Positions 25,101 through 38,224 of a stretch of 64,000 nt of DNA are shown here, piece by piece. The stretch lies in the NCBI GenBank assembly GCA_963575745.1, contig CAUYUJ010000002.1, positions 1-64,000 on the forward strand, given 5' to 3'. The notes beneath the pieces were generated by a model. That model saw only the letters and a program-made list of their open reading frames with translations. It had not been told where the DNA came from and made no database searches. This DNA comes from Prorocentrum cordatum (Eukaryota). Positions within the stretch are counted from its first letter, which is position 1; each line of letters begins with the position of its first letter. A program made the position numbers and the translations under genes.

Positions 25101-27700
25101 GTTTTTGCTTGTGAGGCCCTCCCCTCCTCCACCGTAGTACATATCGTAATGATGCTGTCCACGTAAGGTATAGCAGCCCCCTCTTCCAACTTCGGAACCG
25201 CCTCCCGATCTGTGACCAAGAAGCGGCCCTTGCCCGGGTTCGCCTCAAGGATCAACGGCTTGACGACATGCTGACAGACGTTGACCGCGCGCGGCCAACC
25301 CATTGGCACAGCCCTGAAACGAGGATAGACCAGGGTGTTCGGCTCCACTGGGACCCCATGCGCCTCCGAGATCAGCAGGTCCTTGGCACTCAGGGGCTCC
25401 ATGGTGAAATACCTCCTAAGGGGGTCGGGGAGTTCCGCGGCTAAAAAAAACGCATCCTTCAACCCGAAGAAAACGCGCGCAGCAAATTTTCGCCCTGGAG
25501 TCGACCCAACCTCCAAAAAAAAGCGTTAGCCGTGGGGAGGTCAGGCGACACTGGAATTTCAAAACTACACTTGAAAGTCCGCGCGTCGAGGATCGGTCGT
25601 TGCTTCGCCCCGTCGGAGTTACAGACCGCAGAAATCCCCGTCCGAACTCGATCCGAAAGACTGCACTCGATGCAAACTTTAGAGCGCAGACGTGGGTCGC
25701 TGCACGGTTTGACCAGTCCAGCTTCCCCCCGATCTCTTCGCTGCTGCTCCGTGGGCAAAACAACGCCGTATCAGCCCCTAAAAGATCGCCCAGGGGCCGC
25801 GGCTGGAAACCAGGCTGCGGGATTGACAACTTGCCCACTTCAAGAGGCGCCAGTTGGCGCGGGATCCCGCCATAGTCTTCAAACCCGTGGAGCTCGGCGA
25901 ATGTCCCCCCAGGGTCCAGCCCCTCAGGCGGGCGCCGGGCGCGCCTCACCCGAGAGTTCAAAAAAAACGTTCAGAGGGGAGAAGCGAGGCGCGGCGCGGC
26001 CTTCCGCCGGCCCGGGAGCGCCCCTCACCTCGCTCGAGCTCTGACGGCGCCCGGCTCACTGCAGCGACCTTCTCCTTGATGCGCCCCCTCCTCCTGGAGC
26101 GTCGTAGCACCGCCCGGCGCCCTCGTGGCTGAGGCCTGTCGACCGACTCCGCCGCCTTCGCTGCCGCGTCCTCGGCCGATGGGGCGCAGCCCCCCTCCCG
26201 CGAGGCCGGCCGGGCGCGGGGGCGAGCCGGGCTAATTTTCATCATCGTGATTTACGCCGCACGGCCCGCTCCTCACGCACCTTGCGGAATTGTTTGTCGA
26301 TGGCACTCTAACGCTCGAGTTCCTTAGAGGTGTGGGCGATGAGGTCTGGCGCGATCATGGGGTTGCCCTGGTTCTGGTGAGCCCCGAGCACGACCGTCTG
26401 CTCCTCAAGGCCCGCGCCCGTCTTGGAGCTGGACGGCCCCTCCTGGCGGAAGCGCTCGCGATGGCACTGCTCGACCAGCTGGGCGAAGCGCAGCAGGTGC
26501 TGCATGCTGGCCGGTATGGTTGACTAGGTCAAGCTGGTCGTATTCGGCCCCTGCCTGCATGGAAAGAAACTCCATAGTCCTGATCTGTGAGCCTGGCCGT
26601 CGATCTCCACCACTCATGGTGGGCCAGCGGGCCGTTCCTGCGCTTCAGGAAGTCGACGCGCCACTGGGTCGCGCGCGGGCCTGCCGCGTTCTGCCCCCAG
26701 TCTGCAAACTTCGCCACCTCCATCTCGGACGCAGCATCTGCGAAGTCCCGCTTGCACCGACCTCCCGCCATCTGGATTGGCAGCGCCCTCGCGTCAGTGC
26801 CATCGTTAATATCGATTTGGCTCTTGCGCGTGAACTCATCCAGCTCGCCGAACGGCACCCGGACGCAGAAACCGCGCTTCTCCGCGCCATTGTCCAGGAA
26901 GGCGTGGATCCCGCGATCCTCTTTTTTATGACAGCCTGGTTGTTCAGCTGGACGGGGTGCCCCTTCGCGATGCTGGGAGCGTTCTCGATGGCGTGCCAGA
27001 CATCGCGGTTGGGCGCGGGCCCACCACCGCGGGCCGCCTCCGACTGGGCCAACAGGCGGGCCGCTTCTCGAAGCTCCTGAAAGCAAGCTTCCTCCCCTCT
27101 AGCTCGGCACGCAAGCGATGGGCGTCCTGCGGGTCGACTCCGCGCGGAGGGCCTCCGCGACGATCGCCCAGCCGGAAGCCATCGATATCATCATTCTGAT
27201 GGCCGAAGCCCTCGAGATACACATCGTCGTCTGGGGTGGCAATGATCCACTCAATTGCCGAACCACCCACCCTCTCCAGTAAAAGTCTTCCGCGCCAGAT
27301 GAGGTCGCGGTCGCACTTCGCGAGAGCCATCGCGTTTCTCTCCGCGGTGCTCCATGGGCTTCGCGACCGCCCGCGCTTCAGGAATAAGAACTCGAATCGG
27401 AACTGAGACGCGTTCGGCTCTCCGAGCAAGTCGCGCTTCGAGAAGTCGAGGCAGCTGGCCCCAAGCTATCTGGACTAGGGCAAACGAACGCTGATGAAGA
27501 TCACGGCCGCCGCCAAGCAGCAGGTGACGATGGCCAGGATGGCCTCCGCTGCGTGCGACCCGTTCAACCAAGCAGTCCAGCCAAAGCAATATAATGAAGC
27601 CTCAAAGGGCCTCGCGCTGGCAGGACCCTGTTGCGGTGAGAGCGGGAAACCAAGAATGCATGAATTTGCCTCTGAAGCCACGCAGCTACGGCGAGAGAAG
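22160..27700 (-). mobile_element. Decayed DIRS-like retrotransposon A: gag, RT, RNase H, tyrosine recombinase, C5-cytosine methyltransferase
   Basis: RT: QRPILDAR, LKDAFF, VPMGW, YVDS. RNH: ITTLECRA, SDSMV, RWVASELN..D.PSR. YR: RALQGFDKLSP..SRLP, QLRRAGPSYD, EVKARGCW..SV. MTase: VELFSGSG (~22830), ANPHTSILWYLP, DFC..GKPWRK, AEPCPWRLC. There are many frameshifts and stops. Confidence 0.85.
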
Positions 27701-27899
27701 GCGACCGCGACGTTCTATCAAATCCAAAAGAAAGACGCGCTGGCACTGTTTTTCTGAAAATTCCCACCGCCCCCCGAGGCCCGGGAACATCGGCCCCCCG
27801 GGCGCCGGATACGCATGGATCTAGGTCGCGGGGGAACATGGATTCTCGACGCCCAAATCGTCGTAAGTTTTGCTTGAAACATGTCCCACTCACTTGTCA

Positions 27900-29250
27900 G
27901 CACGGGAGGCGCGGGAGATTTCGGGCCCCCCCGGGGCGCGCTCCCTGAACGAGGACTCCGGCAGTTCGAAAGCGATGGGCCATTGACCAGGAGCTCCCTC
28001 GCACTGGGCCCGGCGACCCCAATTCCCGCATCTTTTCGTTTGCGCAGCGGCCCGTCGATCAAATGACAATCTTGCGAGGTTGACATAATGGACCGCGGCA
28101 GGGCCGCGCTGGAAAGGGGCCCCGCGGCGACGCGGCCAATGCGCGGGCAATCGTGGGGCAGCCGTGGAGTATCGCAGCTTGCTACCGCCATGAACAAGCT
28201 CATGTCTTCGGCATTCCTGCGCCGAGCCCTCGACTCATGACGCCGCCGCAGCACGGCCTCGCATGGATACTTATGTCGGATGGCGCGATGCTGCAGGCAA
28301 CGCGCGAAATAATGTCTCAACACAGCCCTAACGGGCGTCCGCGGCGGAGCTGGGGGAGGACAATAATATGCCTGGCGGACAACGCGGACTACTTGCATGG
28401 CAAAACACAGCAAAGCGCGCATGAGTCCTCGACGTGTGCATCGAACTGCTGGGTTATAATTGATCGCTCAGTACACGGTGAAATGAGTTGCGCAAGGGCC
28501 AGCGCTGAAACCTGGAAATCTGGTTGACAGATCCGGCGAACATCTGCCGTCTTGTCAGCCTGGTCTGCAGGGAGACCCCGGCGGCGCTGCCGTGACGATG
28601 CAGTTCGCCAAGCCAACCATGACAGCACCCATCGCCGTCAACGTCTGGGCGCGCGCAGTCTGTCTGCGCCATGCCCGCGCTTCGCTGCGGAAGCCTTCAG
28701 CTTCTTGAGCCGCCGCGCAAGCAGCGGCAACACAGAGGCCCGCGCCTCGCTGAGCCTGTCCGAAGACGACCGAGTTCGCGTCGCAATCTCCTCTGAACGC
28801 TGCCATGTGCAGACCCGCCAGTGCGCGCAGATTGCGCGCCCAGGCGAGGGGCCGCATGGGTTCCGCATTGCCTCCTGCGCGCAGACTCTTCGCCTCTCTC
28901 AAGGTGTGCGCGCGCGCCTTGAAGTCAGTCGCCAGCAGCCCACAGATCAGCCAGGCCAATGCGCGACGCGCGCGCGAGGCCTCCGCCTTTCCACCACGGG
29001 CCAGACTTGCCCGGCATGCGCCCTTGAACCTGCTTTCCGAAACTCATCGACCTCGGCAGCCTCCGTCTCGTCTTCATCCCGTTCAGCTTACTCCCAGAAC
29101 GAGGCTTTTGCAAAGTTTCCAACATGTTATGAGAGCCGCCCAGCTGGTCGCGGCCCTCGCATTCGCTGGCTAGGCAGGCATCGCAGCTAATCTGGCCCCT
29201 CTCGGCCTCCATAGCAACGCGCGCCCAGGGGGCAGAGCGTTCGGGGTTCA
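27900..29250 (-). pseudogene. Possible decayed Copia-like gag/protease region
   Basis: Weak ordered motifs: RFKGACRASLARG (knuckle-like), GGNAEPMRP..WA and LRALAG, QTLTAMGAVM (protease-like). Confidence 0.3.
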
Positions 29251-29779
29251 ACTCTTCTTGTGTACCCCCCAGGAACGCACGGACATCCCACCCACAAACA
29301 CGTTGGCAACACAAGTTCACGAATCTGCTTGAGGACCCGTACTCATAATGGATCTGGCTGGCAGCTGCAGACAAAACCCACAACGCCCCCAAAACTAAAC
29401 AGTTACACTCGTCGTATAAGTTGGCACATGCTGGGAAAGCAGAAAAGACTGCCACGCGTCAGACCTTCTCTGCGCATGCAAGACTGCATCCAAGACGTAT
29501 GCGTAGTTGCGCGGGTTATGGAACTGGGGAACGATCGTCTTTGCGCCAGCATCGCTATTGCGATCCTGATAGCTGTTGCTGACATTCGCAATAAAGGAGG
29601 ACGCATGATGTTTGATGGTGGTGGCAGGTGGTCACGGACCAAATCCCCCCTGCGATTTCGTCACTCCATTTTTCCCTATCATCCTGCGGTGGTAGGTCCT
29701 CGCTCTGAAAAGACAGCGCCACGCGTTTTCTCTCCTCTCCTTCCCCCGACCCTCCCCCCTTCCCCCATCCTCCCATCCC

Positions 29780-30710
29780 TGCCTCTGCCCTCCGCGCCCA
29801 GCGCAGCGTTCCGTCGCCCCTCGCAGGCCTCAGTTGCGGTGTTCGCACGCGCCCCCCCCCCCCCCCTCCCCCCCCCCCGCCCGATATAATGCTTCGTGGC
29901 TCCAGGGGGGGGGGGGTCCACCGAAGGCCCAATGGCGGCTTTAGCATGCGCCCCCACCACACAATACAACGCTTCGTTGCCCCAGTCGGAGCTCCACCGA
30001 AATCCCTAGTGGCGGCGTTCGCATGCGTCTCCCCCCACCCCCAAGACAGCGCTCCGTGGCCCCATACGGAGGTCCACCGAAGGCCTCAGTTGCGATGTTC
30101 CCATGCGTCCCCTTCCATCCAATACAGCGCTTCGTGGCCCCAGAAGGAGATCCGCCGAAGGCCCCAGTGGCGCTGTTCGCATGCGTCTCCTCCACCCAAT
30201 ACACCGCGCAGGGGCCCGACGGGGGGCTCTACCGAAGGCTCCAGTGGCCGAGTGAGCACGCGCTCCCCGCGCCCAGTACAACGCTTCGTAGCCCCATAGG
30301 GAGTTCCACCGACGGTCCCAGTGGCGGTGTTCGGATGCGTCTCCCCCGTCCAAATGCAGCGTTCCGTAAACCCATAGGGAGCTCCACAAAAAATCTCAGT
30401 GGCGGTGCTCGCATGCGTCCCCGCCACCCAATACATCGCGCCGTGGCCCCATACGGAGCTCCACCGAAGGCCCAATGGCGGTGTTCGCATGCGTCTCCCC
30501 CACCCAATACGGCGCTCCGTGGCCCCATACGGAGCTCCACCGAAATCCCCAGTGGCGGTGTTCGCATGCGTCTCCCCCACCCAATACAGCGCTCCGTGGC
30601 CCAATAAGGAGCTCCACCGAAGGTCTCAGTTGCGATGTTCCCATGCGTCCCCTTCCATCCAATACAGCGCTTCGTGGCCCCCTGAGGAAATCCTCCGAAG
30701 GCGATGCCCG
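29780..30710. repeat. ~77-bp minisatellite sharing a core with 4460-5180, inverted
   Basis: CGTGGCCCCATACGGAGCTCCACCGAAGG...CGCATGCGTC is the reverse complement of the core of the 4.5-5.2 kb array. Confidence 0.9.
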
Positions 30711-31096
30711 CAACGACAGTTCTCACAACTGCAGATGTGCGGGTCCTTCGCCAGGAGAGTTAATGCTCGTTCTGGGTGCTCGTGTGTGATGTTTGTTGGT
30801 TGGTGTGTCTGTTGCCTCTAGAAAAACCTGATACCTCCATATCCGCGCGTTTCGCCTTCCGCGACGATGAGATAACCACGCTCTGCTTTGCCTTGCCACC
30901 TCCTGGATAAGAGATCCCGAACCCGCATTCCTGACTTTGAAATACGAACGATGGAAGCCTTATCAAGGAACCCTTCTCACGGATCCAATAGTAAGGGGTC
31001 GCCCTGCTGCCTACAACACTGCTCCAAGCTGCGCCTGCTTCTGCTCCAGGCTCTGCTGCTGCTGCTGCTGCTGCCGCTGCCGCTGCTGCCGCTGCT

Positions 31097-34000
31097 GCTG
31101 TTTCCGCGATCGCAGCCATTGTAGGTCGAATTCCGTGCAGCTGAGCCAATTGTAAGGCGGACTCGTGCCTCGCAACCGGCACGGCAGGTTACGATGCGTA
31201 CAAAATTGCTTTGACCCCCCTCGCACACATCAGAGTTTGACACATGGTGCTCCGAGGGGGTGCGGCAACCGATGCCACGCCGGGAGCTGCGGGGCATGCG
31301 GACGATCGCCCGTCGTTCGCGGCGGCTGTCGCGGAAGCATCCCGCGAGCGGAGCCCCCGCCGCAGCCAAGGTGACAAGAAAGGCCTTGCTCAGGAGAGCG
31401 CTTTCGTCGACGACGGTGGATCTCCTGACCAGGCAGAGCTGAAGACACTCGTCAAGGAATTAGCCCGATCGAGCGTACAGATGCAGCAGTCCATAGCGCA
31501 GAGTACCACCCAGGTGCAGAACAACACGAACTCCTTCATGAACCAAATGGACCTGGGCGCTCCAGACCACCACCCACGCGGGACGGACAGCCGCTCTCCG
31601 GGACGCGGAGGCAGCCCACGCTGTTGCCGCCCAGGCAGCCCGCACAAGCAGCCGCCGCAGCAGCCACCGCGGCCGTGGCAGCGCGCCCAGGGCAGCAGGA
31701 GGGCAGCGCAGACAGCACCAACATTGGCAAGGCGAAGACCCTCAAGGAGCTCCAGGGCGCCCTGGACAAGCTTCGCTCCACCGTCGAGGGCGACCTTCGG
31801 AAGTGGATCCACGCTGAGCGGCGGCAGGAGAAGACCTCCCGGGACGCGGCCGCGTACCAGGAGGGACCTGGTAGATATCCTGCCGGAGTCCGCCCTTTCA
31901 ATTCTTTGTCCACGATGCAGGAGTTGGATGAGAACTGGTCCGAAACTACTGACCACGTGCTCACCATCACCATCCCCAAGGGGTCCACCCACCGGGCAGC
32001 GATGGCACAGATGCCAAAGACAAGGACCATGCGGCCGCCCAAGGGCTCAACGAGCCGCTGTAGGAAACCATCCCAGAAAGTGCAGTGCAGCAGAAGGCGG
32101 AGGAACTCCACAAGCCCGCCGTGGACACGGCGGCAAAGGAAGCCACCAAGCAAGACGAGGAGGTACAGAACCAGAAGGCCAAGGAGCAGGAGAAGGAGGA
32201 ACTCGCTGTGAGGGCGGACCCGGGAAACCCCCTGGAGATCATCATCGGCGACCGCATCGACGGTGAGCTCTCGCGCAGGACGGGAGCCACGCCCCCCATG
32301 GAAGCCGAACCCACGGAGCCAGGACCTTCAGCCGCGGCAGCCGCCCCAGATGCCACCAGCCTCCGCGAGAGGGCCACGGCAAAAGGTGGGGGCGCCCCGG
32401 CCGCGGGGCCGGGGGCGTCCGAGCCGAGCCTGCGCCGTGGCAGCGCGCAGCCTGGCGGAGGCCAGGGCCACGCCCAGAGGAGCCCCACCCGGGGAGGGCA
32501 GGGGGCAAAGGCAGCGGCAAGGGCAGGGGCAAGACGAAAGGCAGGGACGGCAAAAAAACGAGAAGGCTTCGGCAAAAAGAGCGGCGGCAAGCACAGAGAG
32601 CTCGGGAAAGGGCCACTTCGCAAGTGAGATAGATGGCCCGCCTTGCCCAGGGACTGCAAGCAGGGGATCTGCTCACGCTTCTCGGACGGACTGGCGCCCA
32701 ACACCTCGTCCAACGATACGACCCTTACACAAAGTCAATGGTTGATGACCCCAGGATTCCATGGCCAGTGAAGTGGCTGATTTTAAGACGGCATCGCAAG
32801 CATCTGTTATCACGTAGTCTGCTTTCCATGGAACGCGCGCGGTCAAACATCACTAAATTTGTAAATAAGATCAAGTGGCCATGGTATTTCAAGTTGTCCC
32901 CGTCCGACGACGAAGACGTATCCTTCCCTCTTCCTCGCTCCTCTCGGGTTACCCGCTTCTCCCCTCAGGCTACTATTGGCACGAGCCTTGAATGGGGACT
33001 GCTGGAGCGATGGCTTGCCTCCGTGACGGGGAGGCTCCTAGGTGCAGTCAGGAAGGCCCAGTCGTCCCACCAATACAGCGATCGCAGTTTTTCGAACACC
33101 TGTGCTTTGGAAAGGCTTGGTTTGAAGGTCCTTCGTACTAGCGCTTACGTCTGCTTGCCTGATGATAAAAACGGTCGCTTTTCACCCGTTCTTAGATCTG
33201 TCCTACCCATGATGTCGACCAGGATCATCAGCTCCTCTATCTACATACCCTGCGGTCCCCACGGGCTACTGGCTAACCTGGTGCAATCATACAGGAGGCT
33301 GTGTACCAGGGTCGCGGAAAAGATCGGTCAGCCACATGCCGCCCGAATGATGCTTAAGATGAAATGTGATCCCTCTCATGCACGTTGTTCAGCCACCTGC
33401 AGCTTCTTATCAAGGATCACAAACTAGCAGGGAACGTAGTTTGCCGCCCAATGCACGCTACGCCCTCCTTCATGGTTGGAGGTTTGAGCTCCTGGCTGAT
33501 TGTTGTCCTCAGGAATAAACTCAGCGAGCGCGCTCCCCACCATCTCCGTGACACCTCTGATTTAGTTGGCAGGCTACGCGATCTGCGCCCAGGCGCATCT
33601 TGGCATTTTTGCAAGGTCGATGCGAAAGATTTCTATTTGAATGGCACCGCTGACGAAATCACATCGTATGTCTTGTTATTGTTCGACACGCGCGATGCTA
33701 TTTACAATGTGTTAGAAGCAATAACTCGTGTCTTGCTCCAATGGCCAATTCGTGCGGGACCCCTGGGACGACCCGGAAGATCTTGTGTATCAAGTGGTCT
33801 CCAGCTCAGGGATGGGCCTCCCACGCAGCGGGGAGCTGGCAGATTGCGCATTCTTAGGCCTGGTTGAACAACGCCTCCTCCGTCCCCAAACCTTGAACGA
33901 TCACTGGATCAGGGGGTATTTCAGATTTCGTGATGACACTCTATTGCTCGGCCAGGGCCTCGCGTCCGTGGCAGAGCGACTTGTAAATCAACTGCGAACT

Positions 34001-34778
34001 TCAGCTTTCTTTTACCCTCTGACCGTGGAGTGGGGGCGTAGCACCACTGGCTACCTCGAAGTATCTATCTGCATCGGGAGTGGCAGATTTGATGCTTCTC
34101 ATTTTCCCAAGCCTGCGTCCCTATCCCCCCCCCGCTGGGCGCCAACAGTTCGCATCACTATCCTATACATGCGTCCTGGCCTCGGGCGTATGTAAGCCGA
34201 GTGTTTAAGCTCTGTAGCAGCCCATGCCTGTTCCAGGCTTCTATCGACAATATTGTAGATCATCTGACAAACAGTTTTGCAAGTACGGTCACGCTTCACG
34301 CAGTCCTCCGCGCTGCACTGCAGAACCAGGGTCGTCGTCACAACGTCGGCTCCCTGGTTAAGCAAACCAATGTTTGCTGGCTTTCGCCGGGCTACCACCC
34401 AACATTAGGTTTCCCAATTAAACAAGCGCTTCGTGGCATCAATACGCATGCCGTGCTCAACGAAGGGTTTGCGACGGCCTTCCGTGAACGGATTGGGGAT
34501 GGCCAGCAAGCCATGAATGTCAGTTGGGCTAATGCAGCGCCCTCTCTTCTTCGATACTTGCAACAATTAGCTTACACAGTGACAGTGTAGCCTACGAATG
34601 GACTAGTGGTTGGGGTAGGTGGTGAAACGCTGTTGCTGCGACCGCAGCCATTCTAGGTCGAATCCCGTGCAGCTGAGCCAATTGTATAGGGCGGACTCGT
34701 GCCACGCCACAGGCACGGCGGCTCACGACACGTGCAAAAGCACGTGGACCTCCCCCCCCCCCCTCGCACACGTCGGAG
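31097..34778 (+). mobile_element. Penelope-like retroelement (frameshifted) with ~140-bp direct terminal repeats
   Basis: RT motifs KFVNKIKW, PDDKNG, LIKDHK..VCRP, KVDAKDFY, SGMGLPRSGELAD, YFRFRDD, GYHP (32633-34590). An upstream ORF-like region runs from 31244. Direct repeats lie at 31097-31235 and 34629-34778. Confidence 0.8.
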
Positions 34779-36129
34779 CCCCTGCTCGGGATCCCCTGGC
34801 CAGCCCCTCCGCTCCAAGTCCGCGAGCAACTGCTCCTCTCCCCTCCGCCCTGCCCTGCCCTGCCCCGGGCCCTGCTACCGCACGCCGCGGCTCCAATCAG
34901 CCGCCGCGCTGCTCCGGGCCCTGCGCTGCCCTGCTGGGCCTCCCGAGCACGAGGCTTCCGCACCCAGCACTCCGCACTCGGAGGTGCCCACTAAGGAAGC
35001 CCGTATCGAGGACTCCTTGTTTCCACCCAAGAGGCCATGAAGAAGGATTCCCCAGGAATCATTTCTGTTTGGAGATTCCCTATGACGGAGCCCGTTCGTA
35101 TGAGGATTCCCCGCTCCAGCTTCAGTCCTCCGGATTCCCCGGCCAGTTCATCAGCTCGAAGCTCACGAACCCACTGCTCGATTCTGCTCTGCCTTGCCCT
35201 GCTCTGCCCTAGGCCCTGCTGCCTACAGCTCTGCTCCAAGCTGTGCCTGGCTCTGCTCTGCTCCAGGCTCCGCTCTGCCCTGCCAAGCTTCCTGACTAAG
35301 GAAACCCCTGCTCTGCCCTGCCAAGCACCCTGAATAAGAACGCATGTAAGAACACCACTCCTTACTAGGAGTTACGTACTTCGGAACCCGTATTTAGACG
35401 TATTTAGAAGTCCTCACTCAGAAACCATGTGGAAATATTCGGGACAACTATTCCAAATTACGCGTTCTGTGTGAGGGAACCCTCTAGCAAGGATTCCCCA
35501 CTACATATCCCGTAACAAGGATCCCCTGGCCAGTTTACAAACTCCAAGCCAACGAACCGAATGCTCCATTATGCTTTGCCTTGCCCTGTTACGTACTGTC
35601 TTGCCAAGCATCCTGGATAAGGCATCTTTGCTGAGTATTCTTCACCCGAATTAAATATATAGGAGTCCTTCATATGAGCCATTCAAAAGAGGGTTGCCAA
35701 CTAAACACCACAGGGGACCACTGGACGAGGAGGAGGAAGCGGAGGAGGAGGAGGAGGAGGAGAAGGAGGAGGAGGAGAAGGAGCAGGAGGAGGCGGAGGG
35801 TGACGGTGGTCGACTGGTGTGCGTGGGGGTCGGAGTAAAACAAACAAACAACACATTCGTATTTATCATGCTATGTGTTATCTATGTTTGTCCCCCCCAC
35901 CCCACCACCACCAACTCTGGACTGGGAGGGGGCCCCCGCTGAAGGAAAGACACCGCCGTGCGACGCGGAAGACAGAGAGAGGGAGGGATAGAGAGAGAGG
36001 GGGGGAACAGAGGAAGGAGAGACAGAAAGAGAGAGAGAGAGGAAGGGGGAGAGAAAGAGAGAGAGAGAGAGAGAGAAACAACAACAAAAAACAAATAGGA
36101 AGGAAGAGGGCGCGAGCGGAGAGAGGGCC

Positions 36130-37500
36130 GAGGAATGACATGACGAAATCACAGGGAGGGGATTCGGCCACGAACCCGGTGGCAGGAACCCGAGTACCAG
36201 AATCCAGGCGGCATCCTAGTATATCCTGGTGCGAAACTGCCGAAGCCGCCAGACTCCAGTTTAACATCAATCTAGAACCAATCAGCCGATGTCAGCCGAA
36301 TGGCTTGAGCCACGACTTGACCCCAATCCCCGACTTTGTTCGGCATTTCGGCAGGACCCACAATTCTGGGCCCCGCTCGGAGGATATAACTACGATGGGG
36401 GGCGTCCATCCTCGATATGGGTGCGTCCAAATAGCCCCGTGGGGGTGCATCTCCCAGTTTCCCTTCTTTTCTGAGCGGCCAGGCCGCTGGGGGAGGGACT
36501 CGGGGATAGTGGGAGAGAAATCGCCTGCGACCTGACGCTATCCCAGGGACAAGATTTTCGTCGCAGGTCGTGTTCGCGTTCTCCTCTGGTGGCCCGAGGG
36601 TCGGCCTTGACCTGGTCGTCGTGGTTGTGTCGCGACACCTAAAAGTCTATAGCACGATCACAAGAGCAGACCCACCCGCCCTCAACCATTGGGGGACTCA
36701 GGAATCAGGAACACCGCAGGGAAACTCACTTTGTACTACCATCTATCGTTATCAAGTCCTGCTGCTGACTAAGCTCGGCCTTCCCGCGGACTTCAACGCC
36801 AGGAGGTTTCACCGGCGCTACCTCCCTATTGAGAGAGAGCGGGAAGACGTGATTAAAACAAGTGTGAGACAAATCTGAAGTGCTTTCTTGCCCGCCCGTC
36901 TGCCCACCCGACCGCATCTGCTGTCGTCTCCGTGCCTCTCGGGGTTCGCCTGCCTCTGTCGCGGGGGCTCAGGGCCTGGGTAGAAACTCCGCCGCGAGAC
37001 TCCGCCGCCACTCGGGGAAAAACTGCACACTGGCGGCGCTGCTGGGCTGCGCCAACCTCTGGCAGACGCCAAGGCACCGTGACGAACGGCCGTCGGCATT
37101 GAAATGAATGTGAGACTGGAGGCGTGACAGGGCAACGTCGAGGAACACAGGATCCCACATGCCGATCGTGGAAATCCCCAGACGTGCAATCGTAGTAAGT
37201 AGTGCCACCAGGGCTGACGGGTACAGAAGAAATGCACGCCGAACCAATATCAGACAGGATGCTGGGGACTCGAAACTAGCAGAATGCTGGCTCACACTTT
37301 TGGCAGCTGCACCTGAGTGAAAATCATCAAAATACAAAAAAAAGAGATGGGGGCAAATCGTTCGGCTCGCGTGGGAGGAAGAGAGACAGAAGACCATCAG
37401 AATATGGTGATCAAAGGTTGCTCGATAGCTGCAAGATCGGTAGTAGAAGGTTCTGTTCTCTCTCTCCAACCGGAGCTGGCTGAGGAGACCCCCACGTGAG
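36130..37500 (+). pseudogene. Possible decayed LINE RT
   Basis: VVSRHLKVYSTITR (D..KAFD.V-like) followed by QESGTPQGNSLCT (G.PQG..LS-like). No YADD motif is recoverable. Confidence 0.35.
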
Positions 37501-38224
37501 ACGCACACGGAAACACTAGTATTACGCGACCCCCCTGGGAGGCGACCGTCCGAACCCGAACATGCAGTACAAAAACCTATTCCAGCATGCCGTTGCCCGA
37601 GCGGTGCGGACAGAAAGCGTCCGCCGTCGAGACGATACCACAAAAAAAAGTTCTGAGCGAACGAATCGTATACATATGCTGAGGTGGTGCCGATCACGCG
37701 CTGACGTTCGACTCGGCACCCACGGAGATCGCCACGCTGCTCCCGCTGGACCCCTGTCGTTGAAACGCGCCCAGCTCCTTGAGATAGGGGTGCTGGTCTG
37801 GAAGCCACTGCAGAAGGCCAGTGTGGCCGAACTGCTCCTCGGTCACCCAGGCACCCAAGTGGCCAGAGGGCAGCTCGAACACGTCCACGGGCAAGTGGAC
37901 CTTGGTGCCGCCGGCGCCCTTCGGTGATGCCCGCTGGAACGACACGGCGTGGTTCTTCGGCGGCGACATCGCGGGCCCAGCAAGAAGCGAGAGACGTCTT
38001 GCTCTGGCCTTCGGGACTACCTTCGCAACAATTGGCGCGACGAAGTCCAGAAGGCTCTGCCCGTCATCCGAAAGATGAGGCCACTCGGCGCGGAAAACAC
38101 GGTAAAAGGTCCTGGTGGTGATGCCCAGCAGATGGCAGTCGGAGTGCTCCTCCTGCACCGTGCTCTCTGTCAGGATCCTCCACCGCGCCTGTAGCGCGGC
38201 AAATGCGCCTTGCACTCAGCACGC

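Noticed and set aside
37694..38215. 173-aa minus-strand ORF as a host exon
   Set aside because: The composition is protein-like, but there is no recognisable motif or supported splice partner.
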